NCBI GenBank assembly: GCA_964016885.1
Contig: OZ024743.1
Coordinates: 262,136,001 to 262,200,000 of the forward strand
Reading direction: 5' to 3'
Origin: Eledone cirrhosa
Lineage: Eukaryota
Length of the DNA stretch: 64,000 nt
The notes beneath the pieces are model-generated. The model was not told the DNA's origin. It saw only the letters and a list, made by a program, of their open reading frames with translations, and did not search any database. Of the stretch, positions 36,682 to 48,742 are shown in pieces; position 1 is the first letter of the stretch, and each line of letters opens with the position of its first letter. Both the position numbers and the translations under genes were made by a program.

Positions 36682-39104
36682 TCATCATCATCATCATCAG
36701 GTTTAGCATCCGTGTTCCACGCTTGCATGGGTTTGGACGGGGGTTTTCCCACTTGAGGCAAGAGTGGTTGTCTTGCTCGCATAGGACTGTCTGGCGGGTT
36801 TTCTACAGTTGGATGCCCTTCCTAACACCAACCACATTTACAGTGTGGGGCTGGGAGGTTTTTACCTGTTGCCTACACGGCCACATTACAGCGTGGACTG
36901 TCTGGCGGGTTTTCTACAGCTGGATGCCCTTCCTAACACCAACCACATTTACAGTGTGGGGCTGGGAGGTTTTTACCGTGTTGCCTACACGGCCACATTT
37001 ACAGCGTGGACTGTGTGTTTTTTTTGTCGTGACACCTACACGATCTCATTTGTTTCGGCCTGGATGTTGTGGGACCAACATAACTTTACATTGAAAGGGG
37101 CGGTGTGGATGGGGTGAAGGTGGTGGGACGGGGGTGTGTTTTGATAGAGAAGCCTACTGACTGTAGTAGGTTTTTACTTTGTATTTAGGTAAGGCGGGTC
37201 TTTATTACTGAGTACCGCCAAAGGTCTCGGTCCAGTGACATTGTCTTGGAGAGGTGTAAGTGTGTGAGGTCGGAATTTATCAGCTCGTCCCATGTTTTTC
37301 TGGGTCTGCCTACTCCGTGGCTACCGTCTATCTTTATTGCCCTGCACTTTGTTATACAGCTGTCGTCTTTCATGCGCATCACGTGACCGTACCAACGTAG
37401 CATTCTCTCGAGTAAACAACATCTGATCCCTCTTATTTCTAATTTTTTCCTTAGTTCGTTTATGCTTTGCCGTTCACGTATATTACTATTGCACATCCAG
37501 CAGAGCATGCAAGCTTCGTTCCTCTCTAGTCTGCGTATATCCTCTGCACACAATGCCCAGGTCTCACTGCCATGCAGCATTGCTGTTCGTATGCAGGCAT
37601 CGTATAACCTGCCTTTCATTTTTAGGGAGAACCCTCTAGCGGCTAATAGTGGTATAAGCTCTCTGAACTTTTTCCATCCAGTTCTGACTCTAGCTACTGT
37701 ACTTTCAGAGCACCCTCCCCCACTGCTGATTTTGTCACCCAGGTAACGGAAGCTGTCCACTATTTCTATAGAACCCTCTGCGCAGTTGAAGGAGCTAGTA
37801 TTTTGTGGGCACTTGCTGCTACTTATTGCACCAGAGCACCGGCCACATGTAAAATCTATGTTCTTAGTTAGCTTACCTGTGATCCCACTACATCTTTTAT
37901 GCACCCATACTTTGCATTTGGGACATAAAATGGAGTTTCTACCTATGCCTTTCCTACACACTGAGCATGGCCATTTCCCAGATGGGACCGCCGCCTTATT
38001 TTCTTTCCTACAAACTAGAACTTTAGTCTTAGCCAGGTTAATTTTAAGGCCTTTTGATTCTAGGCTGTGCTTCCATGTTTGGAATTTCTTCTCTAGTTCG
38101 GTCATTGATTCAGCTATGAGCGTTAGATCATCTGCGTATAGGAGTTCCCATGGGCAGCCGGTCTTGAACTCCTCTGTTATAGCCTGAAGGGCAATAATAA
38201 ATAGTAGGGGGCTAAGAACAGAGCCCTGATGGACACCAACTTTTACGCTAAACTCTTCACTATATTCGTTGTTAATTCTAACCTTACTGACTGTTTCTTT
38301 ATACATGGCTTGTATAGCTCTCACAAGCCATTCGTCAATACCTAGTTTTCTAAGAGACCACCAGATAATGGAACGGGGGACTCTGTGGAAGGCTTTCTCC
38401 AAGTCGACGAAAGCTAAGTATAGGGGTTTACTTTTAGCTAGGTACTTCTCCTGTAGTTGTCGTACAATGAAAAGAGCGTCTGTGGTACTTTTGCCTGACA
38501 CAAACCCGAACTGCATTTCATCTAGATCAATTCTCTCTCTGATTAGTTGCGCTATTACTTTTTCCGTGACCTTCATGACCTGGTCGATTAATTTAATGCC
38601 TCTATAGTTACTCCTATCTAGGGCATCTCCTTTTCCCTTATAGCAGTTAACGATGATGCTGCTACGCCAGTCCTTCGGAACAACCCCATTCTGTACGACT
38701 TGGTTAACTATCCGGGTGACCATGGTGTGTCCCACCGAACCAGATGCCTTCAGCATCTCAGCAACTATTTCCGAAGGACCAGCCGCCTTACCCGTCTTCA
38801 TATCTTTGATTGCCTTGCTTATTGTACTACCCTGGACTAACACTGCTGGTCCCTCTATTGGGTCGATGTGGGGGAGACTGTCTTTCTCCCATTTGTTCTC
38901 CTCATTTAGAAGCCTTTCGTAGTGACACTTCCAAGCTACCTTCTTATCAGTGTCGGTGATGGCAAGTATGCCATCATCGTTAAGTACACACTTCTCCCCG
39001 ACAATATCACGGTTTTCCTTGACACATTGCCTGGCAATCCTGAACACCTCACGTTTTTGGTCCTCACGTTGTAGAACATGCTTGAACTTTCTTTCCTCTG
39101 CTTC

Positions 39105-39108
<4 letters not shown>
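36679..39108 (-). mobile_element. RTE LINE subfamily 1, 5'-truncated
   Basis: Highly similar to 20766-23220. ~111-bp tandem duplication in the 3' UTR (about 36785-37010). (TA)n on both sides. Confidence 0.93.
37185..39107 (-). CDS. RTE ORF fragment: RT, PHD and C-terminal domain, uninterrupted
   Basis: ORF track 37185..39218 (the N-terminal part is microsatellite). YADD is intact. AFD is changed to AFH. Confidence 0.9.
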
Positions 39109-39147
<39 letters not shown>

Positions 39148-39152
39148 TATAC

Positions 39153-39187
<35 letters not shown>

Positions 39188-39235
39188 TATATATATATAC
39201 ACACACACACATATACATATATATATATATATATA

Positions 39236-40414
39236 GTTTTGCGAGGTTTTTGATATGAAATGAGTGTGTCGAAACAAATATTGTTATACTTGGGGAGGGT
39301 CATATTTGTGTAATATTGCCAGAATTAATAACAGAACACACTCACTGTTTGGTTGGTTTTCGCTTTTCGCTTCTGTGTCTTTTATATCACTAATCTAATT
39401 TATTCGGTCCTCAATGTTGCCATTGACTGACCAACGGTCAAAAATAATACAGATACAGTATAGACACAAACACATATATATAGTTTATCAAAGTTCTTTT
39501 GTTGCACATCTGCAACATCGTCAGTGGTGCTATTGTTTCCTCCCGTAACATTGTATTTTCTACGCCATCTTTATTTAGTCTGTTTATGTATTTATTTATT
39601 TGTTTATTTTATTTTGTCTTCTTTGCGCATGCGTTTGCGTGTGTGTATAGTGTTTTGTTTGATGTGTGTTCGTGATTGGGTGACTGTGTATTGGTTAATG
39701 TATTCTATCTTTACTAGTGTGTGTTTATATGTGTTACACGACGGTAACATAGACAACATAGAAATTAGAATAATATCTAAACATAGAAATGACCCAGCAG
39801 ATAGGCAAATCAGAGAGGCCAGTGAAATAGAACTTAGAAGGCCAAGGCTAAACAGAAAGAATGAATGGAATAACAACAACACCCAAACAAACAACACTGA
39901 CCTAAGAGAAGTATAAATAAATAAATAGATAAATAAATAAATACATACACAAGCACAATAACAACAAACACATATAAACACACTAGTAAAGATAGAATAC
40001 ATTAACCAATTCACAGTCACCCAATCACGAACACACATCAAACAAAACACTATACACACACGCAAACGCATGCGCAAAGAAGACAAAATAAAATAAACAA
40101 ATAAATAAATATATAAACAAACTAAATAAAGATGGCGTAGAAAATACAATGTAACGGGAGGAAACAATAGCACCACTGACGATGTTGCAGATGTGCAACG
40201 AAAGAACTTTGATAAACTATATATATTTGTTTGTGTCTATATTGTATCTGTATTATTTTTGACCGTTGGTCAGTCAATGGCAACATTGAGGACCGAATAA
40301 ATTAGATTACCGATATAAAAGACACAGAAGCGAAAAGCGAAAACCAACCAAACAGTGAGTGTGTTCTGTTATTAATTCTGGCAATATTACACAAATATGA
40401 CCCTCCCCAAGTAT

Positions 40415-40421
<7 letters not shown>
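39236..40421 (+). mobile_element. Penelope-like element: 3' GIY-YIG fragment plus pLTR, preceded by an inverted pLTR
   Basis: ~455-bp inverted arms at 39279-39735 and 39967-40421. The spacer encodes NIEIRIISKHRNDPADRQIREASEIELRRPRLNRKNEW (GIY-YIG C-terminal E..I....P.LN motif). (TA)n flanks. Confidence 0.85.
40172..40213 (+). ncRNA. Minimal type I hammerhead ribozyme
   Basis: ACCA-CTGACGA-T-GTTGCA-GATG-TGCAAC-GAAA-GAACTT-TGAT. Identical at 48286-48327. The inverted-arm copy (39487-39528) has GAAA changed to AAAA. Confidence 0.65.
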
Positions 40422-40465
<44 letters not shown>

Positions 40466-40466
40466 T

Positions 40467-40499
<33 letters not shown>

Positions 40500-40695
40500 T
40501 CTCCCTAGCTATATTTACCTACCTACTAACCTATTTACATCTCTCTACCTAACTATATCAATTAAAATTAAAGAACTTTCAAAATTGTGTGGTTCTACGT
40601 GAAGACCATTGGGCATATACCATTTATATACTTAGTTTCCAATTTTTCATGTAACAAACCTGGAGGCATCTGAAGTTATACATGATTAATTCTTA

Positions 40696-40762
<67 letters not shown>

Positions 40763-40764
<2 letters not shown>

Positions 40765-41380
40765 GTAATAATAATAAATTTGAAGACTAAAATCCAAAGA
40801 AGGCTTGATAAGGATAAATATATATCAAATATATAAGAACCGTAGAGCAAATATTTATTAAAATAACAGATTAAAGTTTAAGCAAAGAATCGCTGCTTTC
40901 ACCCTTAACGGGATCTTCTGAAACTAACAAAGTCAATCTGTAAACGCAGAACTGGATATTTCAAAAAACGTTGCAACCGGAGGAAGACAGGAAGACGATA
41001 CTTTGGTTCGTGGAATTGTTCGTGCTATTGTTTTCCACGCTCCACATATGACGTATTATCTTCGTTTTTTTCATTCATTGCCAGAGAACGTCTCTATGCA
41101 CCACCTAAGAGAACATTAGTCTACGACCTCTTTTATGCCATAAACGTGGTTCTGTCTTTGCGTGTAATTGTTTTTCACCGCTCCTATTAATGACGTATTA
41201 TATTCGTTTTTTCCCGTTCTTAGCCAGCGAACGTTTCCACGAACCAAAGTATCGTCTTCCTGCCGTCCTCCGGTTGCAACGTTTTTTGAAATATCCAGTT
41301 CTGCGTTTACAGATTGACTTTGTTAGTTTCAGAAGTTAAGGGTGAAAGCAGCGATTCTTTGCTTAAACTTTAATCTGTTA

Positions 41381-41388
<8 letters not shown>
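40763..41388. mobile_element. Second (TA)n-embedded inverted-repeat element, probably Penelope-like
   Basis: ~155-bp inverted arms at 40857-41015 and 41235-41388. Internal ~65-bp direct repeat at about 41028 and 41168. Confidence 0.65.
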
Positions 41389-41419
<31 letters not shown>

Positions 41420-42214
41420 GAGAGGTATAGAGATTGTTTTAGCAAGAAGCTAACGGCATTCTATAACATATATGCGACTATAACGTCAAGATGGGAAAAG
41501 TAGTTAACGAAAGATTTAGGAAAAATAACTCAAACTCATCTCAAAAGAGAATCAGGATATAAATTCATCCACAGAATTTAGTAAAATCCAGGGAAAAATC
41601 TATAGATTTAGTGCCCAAGTCATGACAGTACCCCTATGACTTAATCAGGAGTTATGGGGCCATACATACATATACATACACTGCTGATCAGGGATTTCAA
41701 TATTCCCAAATATAGCAGATGCTCAGTAATTTTTATGTGCTGATAATGGAGATATATAAACGCCATAGGAACATAAAAACTATTGGTACCTGAAGTAATA
41801 CATTAGCGTAATATTGACTGTTCATGGTGATTTGAATAGTTCATATAAATTGATCTTTGGGAAACTATTGCTTAAGCTGCTGGTGTAAAATACTTTTGAT
41901 TTATTTAAAGTATAGTTCATAAAAGCCCATGTTAATTGATGGTACAGCAAATATGTTGATGGGATATTAACATTTCTTTGAAAATATCATGTCTAAGATG
42001 AGAGTAGATCAACTCAGGAAAGCAGACATTAATTGATGGTGATAATGATGATGATGATTTATAGAGCAGAGGGCTATTTTTATTCTTATTTAAGTTCATT
42101 CAACAACCAATTTGAGGTATGCAATTATTGAAATCTCATGTAGAGGAATTGTGTTACTGGGTCAGTTTTGTCATGGCATTCACCATTCTTAAGAAATTAG
42201 AAATGTATTTATAG

Positions 42215-45200
42215 TGGGCAGATAAGATAATAGACGTAAATAGAGTGAACGACAGAATAATTAAAATACGACTTGTCCTCAATAGAACTACGGTGACAGT
42301 AATATCTGCGTACGCACCCCAATCCGGACTGCCCGGCACTATAAAAGACAGATTCTATGAGACACTGATGCTAACTACCTCCCAAATATCCGACAGTGAC
42401 TATATAATTATCGCAGGCGACCTAAATGGTCACGTTGGACAACATTGTGACGGCTACGACGAAATCCATGGAGGCTATGGGTTTGGTACTAGAAATGAGG
42501 AAGGCTCCAGAATCCTGGAATTCTGTGATGCAAATAACCTAACTATCTGTAACACTAACTTCAAAAAACGTGACAATCACCTGATCACCTATAGATCCGG
42601 GGAACACACAAGCCAGGTAGATTATATCCTTACCAGAAGACGTGACAGAGTGTCTGTTGTTAACACTAAATCCCTCCCCCATGAAGAATGCACCTCCCAA
42701 CATAGACTGATAATTAGCGACCTCATAGTCAGGACGAGACGTACTCGACAACAGAAGAGGACTATCCTCAGGAGGAAAATATGGAAGTTAAAGGACCCCA
42801 CAGCCAGGAATAAATTTCAAAGCATATTACTTGATGCTTTCGACAGTAAGGAAGAACATTTAGAGTCGGACAATATAGAGGGAGAGTGGGAATTTCTGAA
42901 AGCAAACCTGCTGTTGGCGACAGACGAGGTCTGTGGCTGGAGCAGGCCTGTAGGCAGGAGGAGAGTAACATGGTGGTGGAACAGTAAGGTGGAGGGGTCA
43001 ATTAAGGCCAAAAAGCAGGCTTGGAAAGTATGGCGGGATGGGGGAAGTAGAGAGGACTATCAAGTGGCCAGGAGGGAAGCTAGGAGACAAGTGTACTTAG
43101 CAAGAAGGGAAGCTGAGGAAAGAAAGTTCAAGCATGTTCTACAACGCGATGACCAAAAACGTGAGGTGTTCAGGATTGCTAGGCAATGCGTCAAGGAAAA
43201 CCGTGATATTGTCGGGGAGAAGTGTGTACTAAACGACGATGGCACACTTGCCATCACCGACGCTGATAAGAAGGTAGCTTGGAAGTGTCACTATGAAAGG
43301 CTTCTAAATGAGGAGAATAATTGGGAGAAAGGCAGTCTCCCCCATATCGACCCAATAGAGGGACCAGCAGTGTTAGTCGAGGGGAGTATAATAAGTAAGG
43401 CAATCAAGGATATGAAGACTGGTAAGGCGGCTGGGCCTTCGGAAATAGTTGCTGAGATGCTGAAGGCATCTGGCACGGTGGGACACACCATGGTCACCCG
43501 CATAGTTAACCAAGTCGTACAAAACGGGGTTGTTCCGAAGGACTGGCATAGCAGCATCATCGTTAACTGTTATAAGGGTAAAGGAGACGCCCTAGATAGG
43601 AGTAACTATAGAGGCATTAAATTAATCGACCAGGTCATGAAGGTCACGGAAAGAGTAATAGCGCAGCTAATCAGAGAGAGAATTGACCTAGATGAAATGC
43701 AGTTCGGGTTTGTGTCAGGCAAAAGTACCACAGACGCTCTTTTCATAGTACGACAACTACAAGAGAAGTACCTAGCTAAAGGTAAACCCCTCTACTTAGC
43801 TTTTGTCGACTTGGAGAAAGCCTTCGACAGAGTCCCCCGCTCCATTATCTGGTGGGCTCTTAGAAAAACTAGGCGTTGACGAATGGCTTGTGAGGGCTAT
43901 ACAAGCCATGTATAAAGAAACAGTCAGCAAGGTTAGAATTAACAACGAATATAGTGAAGAGTTTAGCGTAAAAGTCGGCGTCCATCAGGGCTCTGTTCTC
44001 AGTCCACTACTATTTATTATTGCCCTTCAGGCCATAACAGAGGAGTTCAAGACAGGCTGCCCATGGGAACTCCTATACGCAGACGACCTGACACTCATAG
44101 CGGAATCAATGGCCGAGCTAGAGAAGAAATTCCAAACATGGAAGCACGGCCTAGAGTCAAAAGGACTTAAAATTAACCTGGCTAAGACCAAAGTACTAGT
44201 TTGTAGGAAAGAAAACAAGGCGGCGGTCCCTTCTGGGAAATGGTCGTGCTCGGTGTGTAGGAAAGGCGTAGGTAGAAACTCCATTTTATGTCCTAAATGC
44301 AAAGTATGGGTGCATAAAAGATGTAGTGGGATCACAGGTAGGCTAACTAAGAACATAGATTTTACATGTGGCCGGTGCTCTGGTGCAATAAGTAGCAGCA
44401 AGTGCCCACAAACTACTAGCTCTTTCAATTGCGCAGAGGGTTCTATAGAAATAGTGGACAGCTTCCGTTACCTGGGCGATAAAATCAGCAGTGGGGGAGG
44501 GTGCTCTGAAAGTACTGTAGCTAGAGTCAGAACTGGTTGGAAAAAGTTCAGAGAGCTTATACCACTATTAGCTGCTAAAGGGTTCTCACTAAAAATAAAG
44601 GCAGGTTGTACGATGCCTGCATACGAACAGCAATGCTGCATGGCAGTGAGACCTGGGCATTGTGTGCAGAGGATATACGCAGACTAGAGAGGAACGAAGC
44701 TTGCATGCTCCGCTGGATGTGTAACAGTAATATACGTGAACGGCAAAGCATAAACGAACTAAGGAATAAATTAGAGATAAAAGGGATCAGATGTTGTTTA
44801 CTCGAGAGAAGGCTACGTTGGTATGGACACGTGATGCGCATGAAAGTCGATAGCTGTATAACAAAGTGCAGGGCAATAAAGATAGACGGTAGTCACGGAA
44901 TAGGCAGACCTAGAAAAACCTGGGACGAGCTGATAAACTCCGACATCACACACTTACACCTCTCCAAGACAATGTCACTGGACCGAGACCTTTGGCGGTA
45001 CTCAGTAACAGAGAAGACCCGCCTTACCTAAATATATAGTAAAACCTACTCCAGCCAGTAGGCATCTCTAACAAATACACCCCGTCCCACCACCCCCACC
45101 CGATCCACACCACCCCGTTCTATGTAAAGTTATGTTGGTGCCAGCGCCATCGAGGCCGAAACAAATGAGATCGTGTAGGTGTCACGACAAAAAAACACAC

Positions 45201-45425
45201 AGTCCACGCTGTAATGTGGCCGTGTAGGCAACACGGTAAAAACCTCCCAGACCCACACTGTAAATGTGGTTGGTGTTAGGAAGGGCATCCAACTGTAGAA
45301 AACCTGCCAGACAGTCCTATGCGAGCAAGACAATCACTCTTGCCTCAAGTGGGACTACCCCCGTCCAAACCCATGCAAGCGTGGAACACGGACGTTAAAC
45401 GCTGATGATGATGATGATGATGATG
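42215..45425 (+). mobile_element. Near-full-length RTE LINE subfamily 1 with two frameshifts
   Basis: ORF pieces 42245-43879, 43803-44687 and 44606-45031 give APE, RT, PHD and C-terminus. Frameshifts at about 43865 and 44595. (GAT)n tail. Confidence 0.95.
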
Positions 45426-45551
45426 TGTGCGTGTTTAAATGCATATATATGTGAGTATGTGTTCATATGTTTTTGTATAATAATAATAATAATGAAATTA
45501 TTGTGTACAGTGCTCAGGTGCACTACAACTCATCAAAGGTGCATGTCAACC

Positions 45552-46655
45552 TGGCCTTGCTCAGTATGTAGTAAAGGTGTAGGTAGGAACTCCATTCTCT
45601 GCCCCAAATGCAAACAATGGGTACACAAGAGATGTAGCGGGATCTCAGGAAGCTTAATTAAGAATGTAGGATTCACATGCAGCAGCTGTGCTGAAACAGC
45701 AAGCAAACAGCCACAGGAAACAAGTACCACCAATCTCTGGGAGGGCCCTGTAGAAACAGTAGACAGCTTCTGCTACCTAGGTGACCGAATTAGCAACGGA
45801 GGTGGGTGCTCAGAAAGTACAATAACTAGGGTAAGAACGGGATGGAAGAAGTTTAGGGAACTACTACCACTGCTAGCTGCAAAAGGCTTCTCCCTCAGAA
45901 TGAAAGGCAGACTGTATGATGCGTGTATCCGAACAGCAATGTTGCATGGTAGTGAGACCTGGGCGCTGAAGGTGGAAGACTTACGTAGATTAGAGAGAAA
46001 CGAAGCCTGCATGCTCCGATGGATGTGTAACAGTAATATACATGAACGACAAAGCATAAAGGAATTGAGAGAGAGACTGAGCATAAGAGGAATCAAATGC
46101 TGCGTGCAAGAAAAGGCGGTTACGCTGGTATGGACATGTGATGCGTATGAAGGATGACAGCTGCATAAAAAGGTGCAGAGCACTAGAAGTTGATGGAAAC
46201 CGCGGAGTGGGGAGACCCAAGATGACTTGGGATGAGGTGATAAAAGCCGACCTTACCCAACTACACCTCTCAAAGACAATGACACATGACCGTGACTTCT
46301 GGCGTCACGCAGTAATACAGGGTACCCCGACCTCCCATGGGTACATGCTGAAGCGTATAAACAATATGCCCCCACTCCCCCCACCGCAAGGTGGTCGTGG
46401 AGGTGCCACGGCAAAAAAGCACCCAGCCCACACTGTAAAGTGGACGTGTAGGCGCCACGAAAAAGCACCCAGCACTCACTGTAAATGAGGTTGGTGTTAG
46501 GAAGGGCATCCAGCTGTAGAAATCAAGCCAGATCAGTTCCTGTATGAGCAAGGCATGGTCAGCCGACCAGACACTGCCCACAACAGGACAACCCGTCTAA
46601 CCCATGCTAGCGTGGAAGAACGGACGTAAAACGGTGATGATGATGATGATGATGA
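45552..46655 (+). mobile_element. RTE LINE subfamily 2, 3' fragment starting at the PHD
   Basis: [43 protein letters not shown]. Distinct 3' UTR. Confidence 0.92.
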
Positions 46656-47187
46656 TATATATATATATATATATATAAATGGAATAGAATGAAGCGAAAT
46701 TTTATTTCTCACTCTTAGTACGGCACTTACTTAAATGTATGTATGTATGTATACGTACATACATATATGAATACAGATGTACAGTAGTATGTATATATAT
46801 ACATACATGCACACATATATATGCACGTATCGGTCTACCGAACATTTATTATAATGCTCTGTTTGTTTGTTTGTAAACAAACAAACAGGCCGAATTACGC
46901 CGTACAGTGTTTAGGCAACCACGTCACCTTTTTGTTCAACACTGACACAGGAACGATGTACTAGTTTCAAGCTTATTAGCTATCGTCGGCATCGTATACC
47001 TTCCTGCCAGATGGTTGAACGTCTGAGAGTATATACTTTCCTTATGCATATTAACGGCTGAGCAGCCTAATTTGCATATCGAGTGAGTTCAGTCGCCCGG
47101 GTGCACCGAAAATAATAAATGGAATAGAATGGAATAGAATTCCATTTATCGTTTTCGGTGCCTCCATTGTATATATATATACACAAT

Positions 47188-47442
47188 GGAGGCACATGGC
47201 TCAGTGGTTAGAGCATTGGCCTTGCAATCGAAAGGTTGTGAGTTCAATTCTCAGAGCGGGTGATGTGTTGTTTCCTTGAGCAAGACACTTTATTTCACAT
47301 TGCTCCAGTTTACTCAGCTGTAGAAATGAGATGATAGGGACTGGGGTCCCTATCATTCCACTGCAAAGTGGTCGTGGAGGTGCCACGGCAAAAAAGCACC
47401 CAGCACTCACTGTAAAAGCATCCAGCTGTAGAAATCATGATG
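47188..47442 (+). mobile_element. SINE family S2, tail a with an internal deletion
   Basis: Matches the copy starting at 23718. Confidence 0.88.
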
Positions 47443-47488
47443 ATACATATATATATACATATATACATATATATATATACATATATAC

Positions 47489-47551
<63 letters not shown>

Positions 47552-47558
<7 letters not shown>

Positions 47559-48530
47559 AGATCAAAAGATTGTTAAAGGAGTTCCATGTATTTTATTATG
47601 CGCATTTCAAAAACAAACATCATCATGCAATAATATTTGTGTTTTCATCAGATAAAACAGGAGAACATGATATGAAGGCTAAAAAACACTTGTGGATAGT
47701 NNNNNNNNNNNNNNNNNNNNNNNNNNNNNNNNNNNNNNNNNNNNNNNNNNNNNNNNNNNNNNNNNNNNNNNNNNNNNNNNNNNNNNNNNNNNNNNNNNNN
47801 NNNNNNNNNNNNNNNNNNNNNNNNNNNNNNNNNNNNNNNNNNNNNNNNNNNNNNNNNNNNNNNNNNNNNNNNNNNNNNNNNNNNNNNNNNNNNNNNNNNN
47901 AATGACCCAGCAGATAGGCAAATCAGAGAAGCCAGTGAAATAGAACTTAGAAGGCCAAGGCTAAACAGAAAAAATGAATGGAATAACAACAACACCCAAA
48001 CAAACAACACTGACCTAAGAGAAGTATAAATAAATAAATAGATAAATAAATAAATACATACACAAGCACAATAACAACAAACACATATAAACACACACTA
48101 GTAAAGATAGAATACATTAACCAATACACAGTCACCCAATCACGAACACACATCAAACAAAACACTATACACACACGCAAACGCATGCGCAAAGAAGACA
48201 AAAAAAATAAACAAAAAAATAAATATATAAACAGACTAAATAAAGATGGCGTAGAAAATACAATGGAACGGGAGGAAACAATAGCACCACTGACGATGTT
48301 GCAGATGTGCAACGAAAGAACTTTGATAGACTATATATATGTGTTTGTGCCTATATTGTATCTGCATTTTTGACTGTTGGTCAGTCAATGGCAACATTGA
48401 GGACCGAATAAATTAAATTAACCGATATAAAAGACACAGAAGCGAAAAGCGAAAACCAACCAAACAGTGAGTGTGTTCTGTTATTAATTTTGGCAATATT
48501 ACACAAATATGACCCTCCCCAAGTATAACA
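47552..48530 (+). mobile_element. Penelope-like element spanning the assembly gap
   Basis: 47901-48530 closely matches 39788-40420. The pre-gap part has weak linker/GIY-YIG-like remnants. Confidence 0.75.
47701..47900. other. Assembly gap (200 N)
   Basis: Seen directly. Confidence 1.
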
Positions 48531-48645
48531 TATATATATATATATATACATATATATACACATATATACATATATATATATATATACACATATATACATA
48601 TATATATATATACACATATATACATATATATATACACATATATAC

Positions 48646-48676
<31 letters not shown>

Positions 48677-48742
48677 TATATATATACACATATATACATA
48701 TATACACATATATACATATATATATATACATATATATATATA

